A stretch of DNA of 64,000 nucleotides from Eubacteriales bacterium (GTDB taxonomy: Bacteria > Bacillota > Clostridia > Oscillospirales > CAG-272), in NCBI GenBank assembly GCA_045126815.1, contig JBGVPD010000001.1:3776-67775 (forward strand), given 5' to 3'. Below, in pieces: positions 31,082 to 40,200 of this stretch. Below the pieces are notes generated by a model, which saw only the letters and a program-made list of their open reading frames with translations, made no database searches and was not told the origin of the DNA. A program made the translations under genes and the position numbers. Within the stretch, counting starts at the first letter, position 1, and the number at the start of each line of letters is the position of its first letter.

Positions 31082-31375
31082 TTAGTCCTCTTTTTTTGTG
31101 AATTTATCTATTGTTTCTTTGTATCCGCCGCTTCCGTAGTTGAGACATTTATTTACACGGCTTATAGTGGCAGTGCTTACACCGGTTTTAGACAATACTT
31201 CCTGATAGCTTTTGCCTTCGTTAAGCAAAAATGCAACTTCAAGTCTCTGTGACATATCCTGAATTTCCTTGATAGTGCAAACGTCTTCAAAAAACTTTCT
31301 GCATTCTTCTTCGTCTTTCAAGCTTAAAATTGCCTTAAAAAAGTTTTCAGTAAGTTCGTTGTATATGTTTTTCAT
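31082..31375 (-). CDS. YerC/YecD family TrpR-fold DNA-binding protein (putative histidine-operon regulator)
   Basis: 97 aa with ...IQDMSQRLEVAFLL..GKSYQEV...TGVSTATISRVNKCLNYGSGGY. It ends 3 nt upstream of hisZ. Confidence 0.8.
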   Translation of the reverse strand: MKNIYNELTENFFKAILSLKDEEECRKFFEDVCTIKEIQDMSQRLEVAFLLNEGKSYQEVLSKTGVSTATISRVNKCLNYGSGGYKETIDKFTKKED

Positions 31376-31432
31376 TAACTAAATCACCCTTTACAAAATT
31401 ATGATAATTTTTACAATACAATTATGTATGGT

Positions 31433-31461
31433 ATTTTAGCACACTAAAGTGATAAAGTCAA
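31433..31461 (-). promoter_or_regulatory. Sigma-A promoter of the yerC-like/his operon
   Basis: On the minus strand: TTGACT, 17 nt, TAAAAT. Inverted repeats overlap it (see findings). Confidence 0.55.
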
Positions 31462-31565
31462 GAGTTTTTATAAAACTTTTTTTCTTTATCACACAAGACA
31501 AAATTATACAACAAAAAACACAAAAAAATCAATGATAATTCCTATGTTTTACGAATATTATCAGA

Positions 31566-31613
31566 AAGAAAAAAACAAAGGCGCCGTATGTAAATAAAAA
31601 TACATACAGTGCC
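31566..31613 (-). terminator. Terminator of the 139-aa membrane protein gene
   Basis: Imperfect 13-bp hairpin ggcgccgtatgta / tacatacagtgcc. A plus-strand A-run gives the minus-strand T-run. Confidence 0.6.
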
Positions 31614-31673
31614 TTTAAAACAATTAAAAATCAGTATATTTGGTTCTGCTTTTTAAGGTGTTTTTTCTACTGA

Positions 31674-32093
31674 TCATTCTCTTATAAAATTTGCGTATCT
31701 TAAAAGGTATTCCAAAGTGAGAATAATACCTATTATTAATAATACGAAAAAGGCAATTGCAATTCCAAAAATTATAGAGCTGACGAGGTTTGCTGTTAAG
31801 GTTGTAGAGAAAGCTATTGTTGTAATAATGAAGCTGCCGAAAGCTCCGAAAAGCAAAAATCTAATAAAATATCTTAAATACGAATTATTTTGATTATTTC
31901 TGACAGTACGAGTTAGGAGAAAAACAGCGATTATAATTATTGTTAGAGCAGCGGTTATGATTTCTATCAGAAGAAGAGTGGGGAAGTTCGTGAAGAACGC
32001 CGGCCACACAATTCCTGCGATTATTCCTATTACGGTAGCGATTAGTGTTGCAATTGCAAACTTGAAATACAGACTGTTTATATTTTGACACAT
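31674..32093 (-). CDS. Hypothetical membrane protein (4 TM)
   Basis: ATG 32093 lies 7 nt after AAAGGAGGTG. The track start at 32111 sits inside that RBS. The product is entirely hydrophobic helices. Confidence 0.55.
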   Translation of the reverse strand: MCQNINSLYFKFAIATLIATVIGIIAGIVWPAFFTNFPTLLLIEIITAALTIIIIAVFLLTRTVRNNQNNSYLRYFIRFLLFGAFGSFIITTIAFSTTLTANLVSSIIFGIAIAFFVLLIIGIILTLEYLLRYANFIRE

Positions 32094-32152
32094 TTTTGCA
32101 CCTCCTTTCATTTACACACATTACATATTATGTTTGTTATTTGAAAAGTGTG

Positions 32153-32186
32153 AAAAAAATAAGGCCATCGCATAAGCGATAGCCTT
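32153..32186 (-). terminator. Terminator of tpiA
   Basis: Hairpin aaggccatcgc / gcgatagcctt. A plus-strand A7 run gives the minus-strand T-run. Confidence 0.7.
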
Positions 32187-32202
32187 GTAGTTTTAAAATA
32201 GT

Positions 32203-32970
32203 TTACTGAGCGTTGTTAACTATAACAGAGAAATCAACAGCTTTAAGAGAAGCACCGCCGATGAGTCCACCGTCAACGTTTACTTTAGAAAGAAGTTCAG
32301 CAGAGTTAGCAGCATTCATTGAACCGCCGTACTGGATAGTTGTTGCTTCAGCAACAGTTTTTCCGTACTTTGCTTCTAAAACGTTACGGATAATACCGCA
32401 AACTTCATCAGCCTGATCAGCAGTTGCAGTTTTGCCTGTACCGATAGCCCAAACGGGTTCGTAAGCGATTATAACGTTCTTCATCATTTCTTCGTCAACG
32501 CCGAGAAGAGCGATCTTTGTCTGGAGTGAAACGATTTCAGCTGTAATGTCCTGTTCGCGTTCTTCAAGAACTTCACCAACGCAAAGAATAACTTTAAGTC
32601 CTGCCTTAAGAGCTGCGAGAACTCTCTTGTTAACAGTTTCGTTTGTTTCGCCGAAGTACTGTCTGCGTTCGCTGTGTCCGATAATTACGTATTCAGCGCC
32701 GATCTCAAGAAGCATATCAGCTGCAATTTCACCTGTAAATGCACCTTTTTCTTCAAAGTGAACGTTCTGTGCGCCGATTTTGATGTTAGAACCCTTAGCT
32801 GCTTCAACAGCAGTTGCAATATCAACAAAGGGAACACAAAGAATGGTTGTGCAGTTGTCTTTACCTGCAACGAGGGGCTTGAGTTCTTCAATAACAGCCT
32901 TCGCTTTGGAAGGTGTGAGATTCATTTTCCAGTTACCTGCGATAACTGTGTTTCTTGTCTGTCTGTTCAT
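32203..32970 (-). CDS. tpiA: Triosephosphate isomerase
   Basis: Has GNWKMN, IIGHSERR, AYEPVWAIGTG and GGASL motifs. Confidence 0.95.
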   Translation of the reverse strand: MNRQTRNTVIAGNWKMNLTPSKAKAVIEELKPLVAGKDNCTTILCVPFVDIATAVEAAKGSNIKIGAQNVHFEEKGAFTGEIAADMLLEIGAEYVIIGHSERRQYFGETNETVNKRVLAALKAGLKVILCVGEVLEEREQDITAEIVSLQTKIALLGVDEEMMKNVIIAYEPVWAIGTGKTATADQADEVCGIIRNVLEAKYGKTVAEATTIQYGGSMNAANSAELLSKVNVDGGLIGGASLKAVDFSVIVNNAQ

Positions 32971-32994
32971 ATTAATACCTTCTTAATAGATAAA

Positions 32995-34296
32995 TTATTT
33001 GTCGTTAAGGCATGAGATTCCGGGGAGGTCTTTGCCTTCGAGGAATTCGAGAGAAGCACCGCCACCTGTTGATATGTGTGTCATCTTGTCAGCAAAACCG
33101 AGTAATTCAACAGCTGCCGCAGAGTCACCGCCGCCGATAATGGAAATTGCGCCGCTTTCAGCAACAGCTTTAGCAATTGACTTTGTACCGCCTGCAAATG
33201 CTTCAAATTCAAATACGCCCATAGGACCGTTCCAGATAACTGTTCCTGCATTTTTAATTGTTTCTGCAAATAATTTTTCTGTGCGAGGGCCTATATCAAG
33301 TCCCATATAGCCTGCAGGGATATCATCCGAGTCAACAACTATAACGTTACAATCTTCAGCAAATCTGTCACCTGCGCGGTTATCAATGGGAAGAAGGAAG
33401 TTTACGCCTTTTTCTTTAGCTTTATCGATAAGAGAAAGAGCTAAGTCAAGCTTGTCTTCTTCAAATCTTGAATCAGCGATTTCGTGGCCGAGAGCCTTGT
33501 TGAACGTATAAGCCATAGCTCCGCCGATAATAAGTGTGTCAACCTTGTTGATAAGGTTTTCAATAACACCGATCTTATCAGAAACCTTAGCGCCGCCGAG
33601 GATAGCAACGAAAGGACGTTTGGGTTCAGCGAGAGCGCCGCCCATAACTGAAATTTCTTTCTGAATAAGGTATCCGCAAACTGCAGGCATTTCAGGGCAG
33701 TACTGAGCTATACCTGCTGTTGTAGCATGAGCTCTGTGTGCTGTGCCGAAAGCATCGTTTACATATACGTCAGCCATAGAAGCGAGTTTCTTTGCAAATG
33801 CTTCGTCGTTCTTTGTTTCTTCTTCGTGGAAACGAACGTTTTCGAGAAGCAAAATTTCGCCGCTCTTAAGAGCTTTAGCCTTAGCCATAGCATCTTCGCC
33901 TACAACGTCTTTTGCCATAATAACTTCTTTACCGAGAAGTTCGGAAATTCTTTTAGCTACGGGAGTAAGAGAAAGTGTTTTAAATTCATCTTTAGCTTTT
34001 TCAAGGATTTTAGCAGCAGCAGCTTCTCTTTCTTCTTCGGGAAGAGCTTCGATCTTCTTTTTATCTTTCTTGCTGAGCTTCAAAGTATCGTTGAGAATGT
34101 TGTGGGGGCGTCCCATATGTGAGCAGAGGATAACTGCTGCACCATTGTCAACGAGATACTTAATTGTGGGAAGTGCACCAACGATTCTCTTGTCGTCGGT
34201 AATAACACCGTCCTGCATAGGTACGTTGAAATCGCATCTTGCAATAACTTTCTTACCGGCAACAGCGATATCTTCAATAGACTTCTTGTTGTACAT
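32995..34296 (-). CDS. pgk: Phosphoglycerate kinase (with a ~37-aa lineage-specific insertion)
   Basis: Has [24 protein letters not shown] and [13 protein letters not shown] motifs. At 433 aa it is longer than the usual ~395 aa. Confidence 0.95.
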   Translation of the reverse strand: MYNKKSIEDIAVAGKKVIARCDFNVPMQDGVITDDKRIVGALPTIKYLVDNGAAVILCSHMGRPHNILNDTLKLSKKDKKKIEALPEEEREAAAAKILEKAKDEFKTLSLTPVAKRISELLGKEVIMAKDVVGEDAMAKAKALKSGEILLLENVRFHEEETKNDEAFAKKLASMADVYVNDAFGTAHRAHATTAGIAQYCPEMPAVCGYLIQKEISVMGGALAEPKRPFVAILGGAKVSDKIGVIENLINKVDTLIIGGAMAYTFNKALGHEIADSRFEEDKLDLALSLIDKAKEKGVNFLLPIDNRAGDRFAEDCNVIVVDSDDIPAGYMGLDIGPRTEKLFAETIKNAGTVIWNGPMGVFEFEAFAGGTKSIAKAVAESGAISIIGGGDSAAAVELLGFADKMTHISTGGGASLEFLEGKDLPGISCLNDK

Positions 34297-34370
34297 CTTT
34301 TCACCTCATATAATAATTTTAATTTTTTCTAAATTTAATTATTAGCATAATTTATCAATTTATCCAAAAT

Positions 34371-34399
34371 ATTATAACACACCATTAACTCTTTTACAA
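34371..34399 (-). promoter_or_regulatory. Sigma-A promoter of pgk-tpiA
   Basis: On the minus strand: TTGTAA, 17 nt, TGT-TATAAT (extended -10). Confidence 0.5.
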
Positions 34400-34489
34400 T
34401 AATTTTTTGTGAAAAAGTGAAAAATATTTCAATTTTTACTATTTTGTCAACTAAAAAAACGTCAAGTTACGCATTTTTATATAAAAAAT

Positions 34490-34518
34490 TTGACTAAAGG
34501 GACAAAATCTGTTATACT
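34490..34518 (+). promoter_or_regulatory. Sigma-A promoter of ahcY
   Basis: TTGACT, 17 nt, TATACT. This leaves a 5' UTR of only ~26 nt. Confidence 0.55.
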
Positions 34519-34550
34519 TTATCTATCTTTTTTTATTAAGGAGAAAACGA

Positions 34551-35792
34551 ATGAGCAGTATAAAAGATATAACACTCGCCGATTCCGGTGAGGCTAAAAT
34601 AAAATGGGTTGAAAGTTATATGCCCGTATTAAATATTATTAAATCGGAATTTGAAAAGACGAAACCTTTTGAGGGTAAAAAAATATCAATGTCTATCCAT
34701 CTTGAAGCCAAGACTGCATTTTTGGCAAAGGTGTTGAAAGCGGGAGGGGCAGAGGTATATGTTACCGGTTGCAACCCCTTGTCAACTCAAGACGATATAG
34801 CTGCGGCGTTGGTTAGAGACGGTTTCGAGGTCAATGCGTGGAGAGGTGTTAACGAAGAAGAGTATAAAGAGCATCTTAAAAAAACTCTTTCTCTTTGTCC
34901 TCACATTATGATCGACGACGGCGGAGATCTTATAAATCTTCTTCAGGGAGAATGCCGTGAATACGGAAAAAATCTTATCGGCGGTTGTGAAGAGACGACT
35001 ACAGGTATACACAGACTAAAAGCGAAAGAAGCTCAGGGTAAACTTGATTATACAATGATCAATATTAACGATGCTGACTGTAAGCATTTGTTTGATAACA
35101 GATACGGTACCGGTCAATCTACTTTAGACGGGATAATGAATAGCACAAATCTTATAATTGCAGGAAAAGTCGTAGTTATCGCAGGATACGGTTGGTGCGG
35201 TAAGGGCATCGCTATGCGTGTTAAAGGCATGGGTGGTATTCCCGTTATAACCGAAATTGATAACGTTAAGGCTATTGAGGCTGTAATGGACGGATTTACG
35301 GTTATGAAAATGGACGACGCCGCAAAGATCGGTGATCTGTTTATTACTGTTACGGGATGTTGCGACGTTATAAGAAAAGAACATTTTGAGGTAATGAAAG
35401 ACGGTGTTCTTATTTCTAACTCGGGACACTTTGATTGCGAAATTGATAAAAAAGCGCTTAAAGAATGTGCCGTTGAAGTCTTTGACAGAAAGCCGAACAT
35501 AGTTGGTTACCGCATGAAAGACGGAAGAGTTCTTAATCTTATGGCAGAGGGCAGACTTGTAAACCTTGCCGCAGGAAACGGTCACCCCGCAGAAATAATG
35601 GATATGAGCTTCAGTTTACAGGCTAAATGTCTTGAATATCTCGTGAAAACAGAAGGACAGTTGGAGCATAAATTATACAGCGTTCCCACAGATATTGACC
35701 AAGAAGTAGCTCGTATGAAGTTGAAATCACTCGGTGTTACGATCGATAAATTGAGCGACGAGCAAATCGCATATTTGAATAAAGCAGAATAA
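34551..35792 (+). CDS. ahcY: Adenosylhomocysteinase
   Basis: Has CNPLSTQDD, DDGGDL, and GYGWCGKG (NAD site). Confidence 0.9.
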   Translation: MSSIKDITLADSGEAKIKWVESYMPVLNIIKSEFEKTKPFEGKKISMSIHLEAKTAFLAKVLKAGGAEVYVTGCNPLSTQDDIAAALVRDGFEVNAWRGVNEEEYKEHLKKTLSLCPHIMIDDGGDLINLLQGECREYGKNLIGGCEETTTGIHRLKAKEAQGKLDYTMININDADCKHLFDNRYGTGQSTLDGIMNSTNLIIAGKVVVIAGYGWCGKGIAMRVKGMGGIPVITEIDNVKAIEAVMDGFTVMKMDDAAKIGDLFITVTGCCDVIRKEHFEVMKDGVLISNSGHFDCEIDKKALKECAVEVFDRKPNIVGYRMKDGRVLNLMAEGRLVNLAAGNGHPAEIMDMSFSLQAKCLEYLVKTEGQLEHKLYSVPTDIDQEVARMKLKSLGVTIDKLSDEQIAYLNKAE

Positions 35793-35806
35793 TATTACAG
35801 AAAAAT

Positions 35807-35857
35807 AATCCGCCTTGTTTAACGTTAAAATGCAACGAAAATAAGGCGGATTTTTTT
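35807..35857 (+). terminator. Terminator of ahcY
   Basis: Arms aatccgcctt / aaggcggatt with a 26-nt loop, followed by T7. Confidence 0.65.
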
Positions 35858-35920
35858 AACACTAATCCTCTTTTTGAATAACATAATATTGATAATTAAC
35901 ATTCTAAAAGGGGAATATTT

Positions 35921-37222
35921 ATGACTATATATGTAGTTCAGCCGGGAGATACTCTTGAGTCTATTGCAAGAGAATACGGAGTGCCTTTGTCTCGGCTTAT
36001 TTCGCAGAATGAACTTAACGAAAACGGGAACATAACAGTCGGACAAACGATTGTTATTTTATACCCCGAGCAAGTTTATACTGTTCAGAGCGGTGATACT
36101 TTAGAGAGTATAGCCGAAAGTTACGGTGTAACTGTCAATCAATTGCAAAGAAATAATCCGATACTCAAGGGAACTGATAATATATTTACAGGGCAGACAC
36201 TTATTATTTCATACGATAACGAAAAACAGGGAACGATCGCTGTTAACGGATATATTTATCCTTTTATTGAACGTGAAACTTTAATAAGAACACTGCCGTA
36301 TTTAACCTATCTAACACTTTTTACGTACGGTTTTACGATAGACGGTCAATTGGTTGATAGAGGGATTACGGAATTTGGTCTTGACGAGGACGAAATAATA
36401 CAGCTTTGTTATGATTATGGTGTTGCTCCGATAATGCATTTATCAACACTAACGGAAAACGGAACGTTCAGCAGTGAACTGGGTAATTCTTTTTTGAACA
36501 ATATTCAAGCTCAAGAAATATTAATTCAAAATATAATAGACAGAATGAGAGAGAAGAATTATTACGGATTTGACGTTGATTTTGAGTATCTTGATGCACA
36601 GAACAGAGATGCATATACGGACTTTGTCAGACGATTACAAGAGGCGCTGTCAGCAAATGGATATATGCTTATAACAGCTCTTATTCCAAAAGCCTCGGCA
36701 AATCAACCCGGTGATCTGTACTTGTCACACGACTACAGTGGGATCGGCGCAGTAAGTGACTATGTGTTACTTATGACGTACGAATGGGGATATACGTTTG
36801 GTCCTCCTATGGCAGTAGCGCCGTTGAACGAAGTTGAGAAAGTTGTTAATTATGCAGTAAGTGTGATCGATCCGTCTAAAATATTTCTCGGTGTTCCGAA
36901 TTATTCATACGATTGGCCGTTGCCGTATGAGAGGGGAAAAACTATGGCAACAAAGCTATCAAACGTTGATGCTGTTAATCTTGCAATTAACACCGGTTCG
37001 GTGATTATGTGTGATGAAATAGCGCAAGCGCCTTATTTTAATTACACCAATGAAGGTGTTGAACACGTCGTTTGGTTTGACGATGCAAGAAGTATCGAGG
37101 CTAAACTTGCACTTATACCTGAATACGGATTGTACGGCGCATCATACTGGAATATAATGCAGTGGTTTCCGCAAAACTGGCTTATACTTAATTCGGAATA
37201 TGACATAGAAAAAGTTGTTTAA
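35921..37222 (+). CDS. LysM-LysM-GH18 protein (YaaH-like spore peptidoglycan hydrolase family)
   Basis: Two LysM repeats (Y.V..GDTLESIA..YGV) followed by a GH18 barrel with FDVDFEY. Confidence 0.8.
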   Translation: MTIYVVQPGDTLESIAREYGVPLSRLISQNELNENGNITVGQTIVILYPEQVYTVQSGDTLESIAESYGVTVNQLQRNNPILKGTDNIFTGQTLIISYDNEKQGTIAVNGYIYPFIERETLIRTLPYLTYLTLFTYGFTIDGQLVDRGITEFGLDEDEIIQLCYDYGVAPIMHLSTLTENGTFSSELGNSFLNNIQAQEILIQNIIDRMREKNYYGFDVDFEYLDAQNRDAYTDFVRRLQEALSANGYMLITALIPKASANQPGDLYLSHDYSGIGAVSDYVLLMTYEWGYTFGPPMAVAPLNEVEKVVNYAVSVIDPSKIFLGVPNYSYDWPLPYERGKTMATKLSNVDAVNLAINTGSVIMCDEIAQAPYFNYTNEGVEHVVWFDDARSIEAKLALIPEYGLYGASYWNIMQWFPQNWLILNSEYDIEKVV

Positions 37223-37235
37223 TTAAAAATGATAT

Positions 37236-37265
37236 AAAAAAGGTTCGGATTTTCCGAACCTTTTT
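37236..37265. terminator. Bidirectional terminator between the GH18 gene and the 1068-aa gene
   Basis: Hairpin aggttcgga / tccgaacct flanked by A5 and T5. Confidence 0.75.
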
Positions 37266-37278
37266 GTGTGTATAAATT

Positions 37279-40200
37279 TTAGCCAAGTACAACGGATTTC
37301 TTTGTTACGATATCAATATAGTCAACAGTTCCGTAGAAGTTTGCAGTAGCATTTGCTGTTGAATATCTACCAAACAATGTGTTGAAAGTAACTTTTTCAA
37401 ACTGTGAGGTTGTGGGATTTGCTGTTGCTAAAGTGTCCCACGTGCTTGTTGATGTGTTCCAAAGTTTCAATGACATTGTGTTTGTTGATGAAACGTATTC
37501 AAGTTTCCAAGTGTTAAGCGCTTTGTAGAGTGTCTGCGCTTCGCTGTATGATGAAGCATAAGTAAATGAAATTGACTTACCTGTGTCATCATCAAGTCGT
37601 AATGTTTGTGTCGTTCCGTTTCTGTTTAAACCGATATATATGCAGTTTTTGTTAGCAGAACCGGTATCTTTTCCGAGTAGAACTGATGCATAACTCATTT
37701 TTGCTTTCCATTCAATGGACCAGTCGTATTCTCTTGTGAGAACAACTTCTTCAGTCATTTTGTAGTTGGGACCGGGCTTAGCTGCAGAACTTGTCAGTGT
37801 TATTGCACCGTCAGCAAATGTTGCTGTTGAGTTTTCTGATACGGACTGTTCTGTAAGATAAAGGGTATTTGCAGTTCCTGTTGATTCAAGAGAACCGTTT
37901 ATGAAATCCCACTTGTAGTGAGCATCTTGAATTACAGTTGCAGGAGCTACTTGAATGTCAATGTAGTCAATTTCTCCTTTGAAGTTGCTTACACCGTTTG
38001 CAGCGTATCTTCCGAGGATGTTATTGAATGTTGCTTCAAATGTGCCTGGTTGTACTGAACCAACAAGAGTCCATTCGTCACTGTCTAAAACATAGAGGCT
38101 CATAGTTGCAGACTGTTTTGTGTATGAAAGTTTCCATGCATAGTCTTTTGTGTTATAGCTTGAGTATGTTGAACCGTAATTTATTGACTTTGTTGTACCT
38201 TCGCTGTTAGCAAATTTCAAGTGGTAGTTGCCGGATAATACAACGTAGAGGTAGTTTAGATATTTTGTTGAACCGTTAACGTTTGTTGCGCAGTTTTTTT
38301 GACCGAGCAAGATACTGCTTCCGGAGAAGTCAGCTTTCCATTCAATCGTCCAGTCAAGTTCGCTGGAAATTGTAACAGGGAAGGTCATAGTGAAATCAGG
38401 TCTGTTTGCTGCTGTTGCGTTGCTTGAAATAAGTCTTCCGTTGCTAAATGAGTAGTTTTTGTTGGTGCCTGCTGCAAGGTCTGAAAGGTTGAGGTTGTTT
38501 GCATCATAGGCTGTGTTAGAAGAAAGATTGCCGTTGAAATCCCATCTATAATGGTAAGCTTTGTTTGCACTCGGTAAACCTTTAACGTTAACACTTGAAG
38601 AAACACCGTTGCTGGCTGTTGCAGTGATTACTGCATCACCTTCGCCAACAATTGTGATAAGACCGTAGATGTTTACAGTTGCTACTTTTGTATCTGATGA
38701 TGACCAGATAACGTCACCAAGAGAATATTCGGGAAGAGCAAATGCAGCAAGGCGTTTTGTTTTTCCTACGTTTAATTCGATTGTGGTGTTTGATGCGAGT
38801 CTATCTACGCCGTTAGAGTCAATAATTTCAACAGATGTTACATCACTGTTTGTGTCAGCATCTCTGTTATAGAAGTAGTTTTGTGCTGCGATAAGACCGT
38901 TTTTGTTATAACCTTTCTGTGTGTAGTGAACGTTGGATGAACCGATCATGCCGATGTAAGGTTCGTAAGGTGTTCCTACAAGAGAAGATGTGTTGGTAGC
39001 AGCAAAATCTGAAAGTCTTGATACTATTGTGATATTGGAATAGTTGTTACCAAGCGCATACTGAGAAGCTCTGATAGCGGTAATTGCGGGTTTAACAGCT
39101 CCGTCTGTACCATGAGCTCTAACGAGAAGAATGTTGTTGGATTCAATGCCGAATTTATCTACCATTTGGCTGTTGAATTTAAGAAACATATTTGCGTAAT
39201 CTTCATCTGTCATAAGAGATTTTTCTGCTGTGGGCTTAATCCAATCCGCACCGTATTCCCATACCATAGTAGCGCAAGTTTCGCCCTGCAACCAGAAGTT
39301 TGCTTTGCTTCTTATTTCAAAATTATCAGATGTAAGATAGTTGTTTATAAGTGTGTTATAACCTGTAATTGTAGCTTGGTAGTGGTTTTTGTTTGATTCA
39401 GCCAATGTGGGATAAAGAGTGGGATCAAGCCATCTTTCAATAGGAGCACCACTATATGCCGAACGCAAGAATACAACTTTTTCTCCTGAAAGGTTGTAAT
39501 ATTCTTTGCCCATAGGAGCTGCAAAGCCCTCTCTTTTTACAAGAGCCATATCAAACATTTGACCTAAGTATTTGTCTGCGTCAGCGTTTACGTTGGTTAT
39601 ATAAACATCATAACAGTAAACACGTCCGGGGGCTTCGGGCATAACAAGATCTTTAAGCTGTTCTGCTGCTTGTACTCTTTGTTCCGCATTCTTTTCTGTT
39701 GAACTTAAGTTAGAAGAGCTGTACGTGTAATCGTAACTACCTTGCGCGTTACTTTGACCTGTGATAAAGAAAAAGTTTATTTGAGCTTTGTGGATTTCGT
39801 TAATAGTAAGAGTGTCTTTGATTTCACCATTAACTTTTGCATTTATAACTACAGGGGTTGATGAAACTTTCTTTGCAACAATCACACCGTCATTATCAAC
39901 TGTTGCAAGAGTTGTATCCGAGCTTTCAAAAGTGAATGATTCGTTTGAAGACAATGAGTAATCAGGAGTGAATACATATCTGTCTTCGTATTGAAGAATA
40001 AGAGAATCAACAACTTCCGCGCGTACGAAATTTATTGTGTAAACATTAGACTCTTTGTTGTTTGTTACGGTTATTTTTGCTGTTCCTGTTGACTCTGTGT
40101 CAGCAATAGTAGCTTGAAGAATATCGACGGAAGCTCCGTTTTCGGGAGTAGCTGATACGAGAGGAATTCTCGGTCTTCCGGCAGGGAGGTTAACCGTATA

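Noticed and set aside
31376-31432. A His T-box or a His-codon leader peptide upstream of the his operon
   Set aside because: The 5' UTR is only ~57 nt. It contains no T-box consensus (AATTAGGGTGGTACCGCG-like) sequence, no terminator and no run of CAT/CAC codons.
32999-34345. Antisense ORFs of 103, 131 and 200 aa across pgk
   Set aside because: These are mirror-frame artefacts of a highly expressed gene with biased codon usage. The products are Ser/Ala/Phe-rich and lack start signals.
34519-34550. An SAH riboswitch upstream of ahcY
   Set aside because: The predicted 5' UTR is ~26 nt and AT-rich, which is too short for any aptamer.
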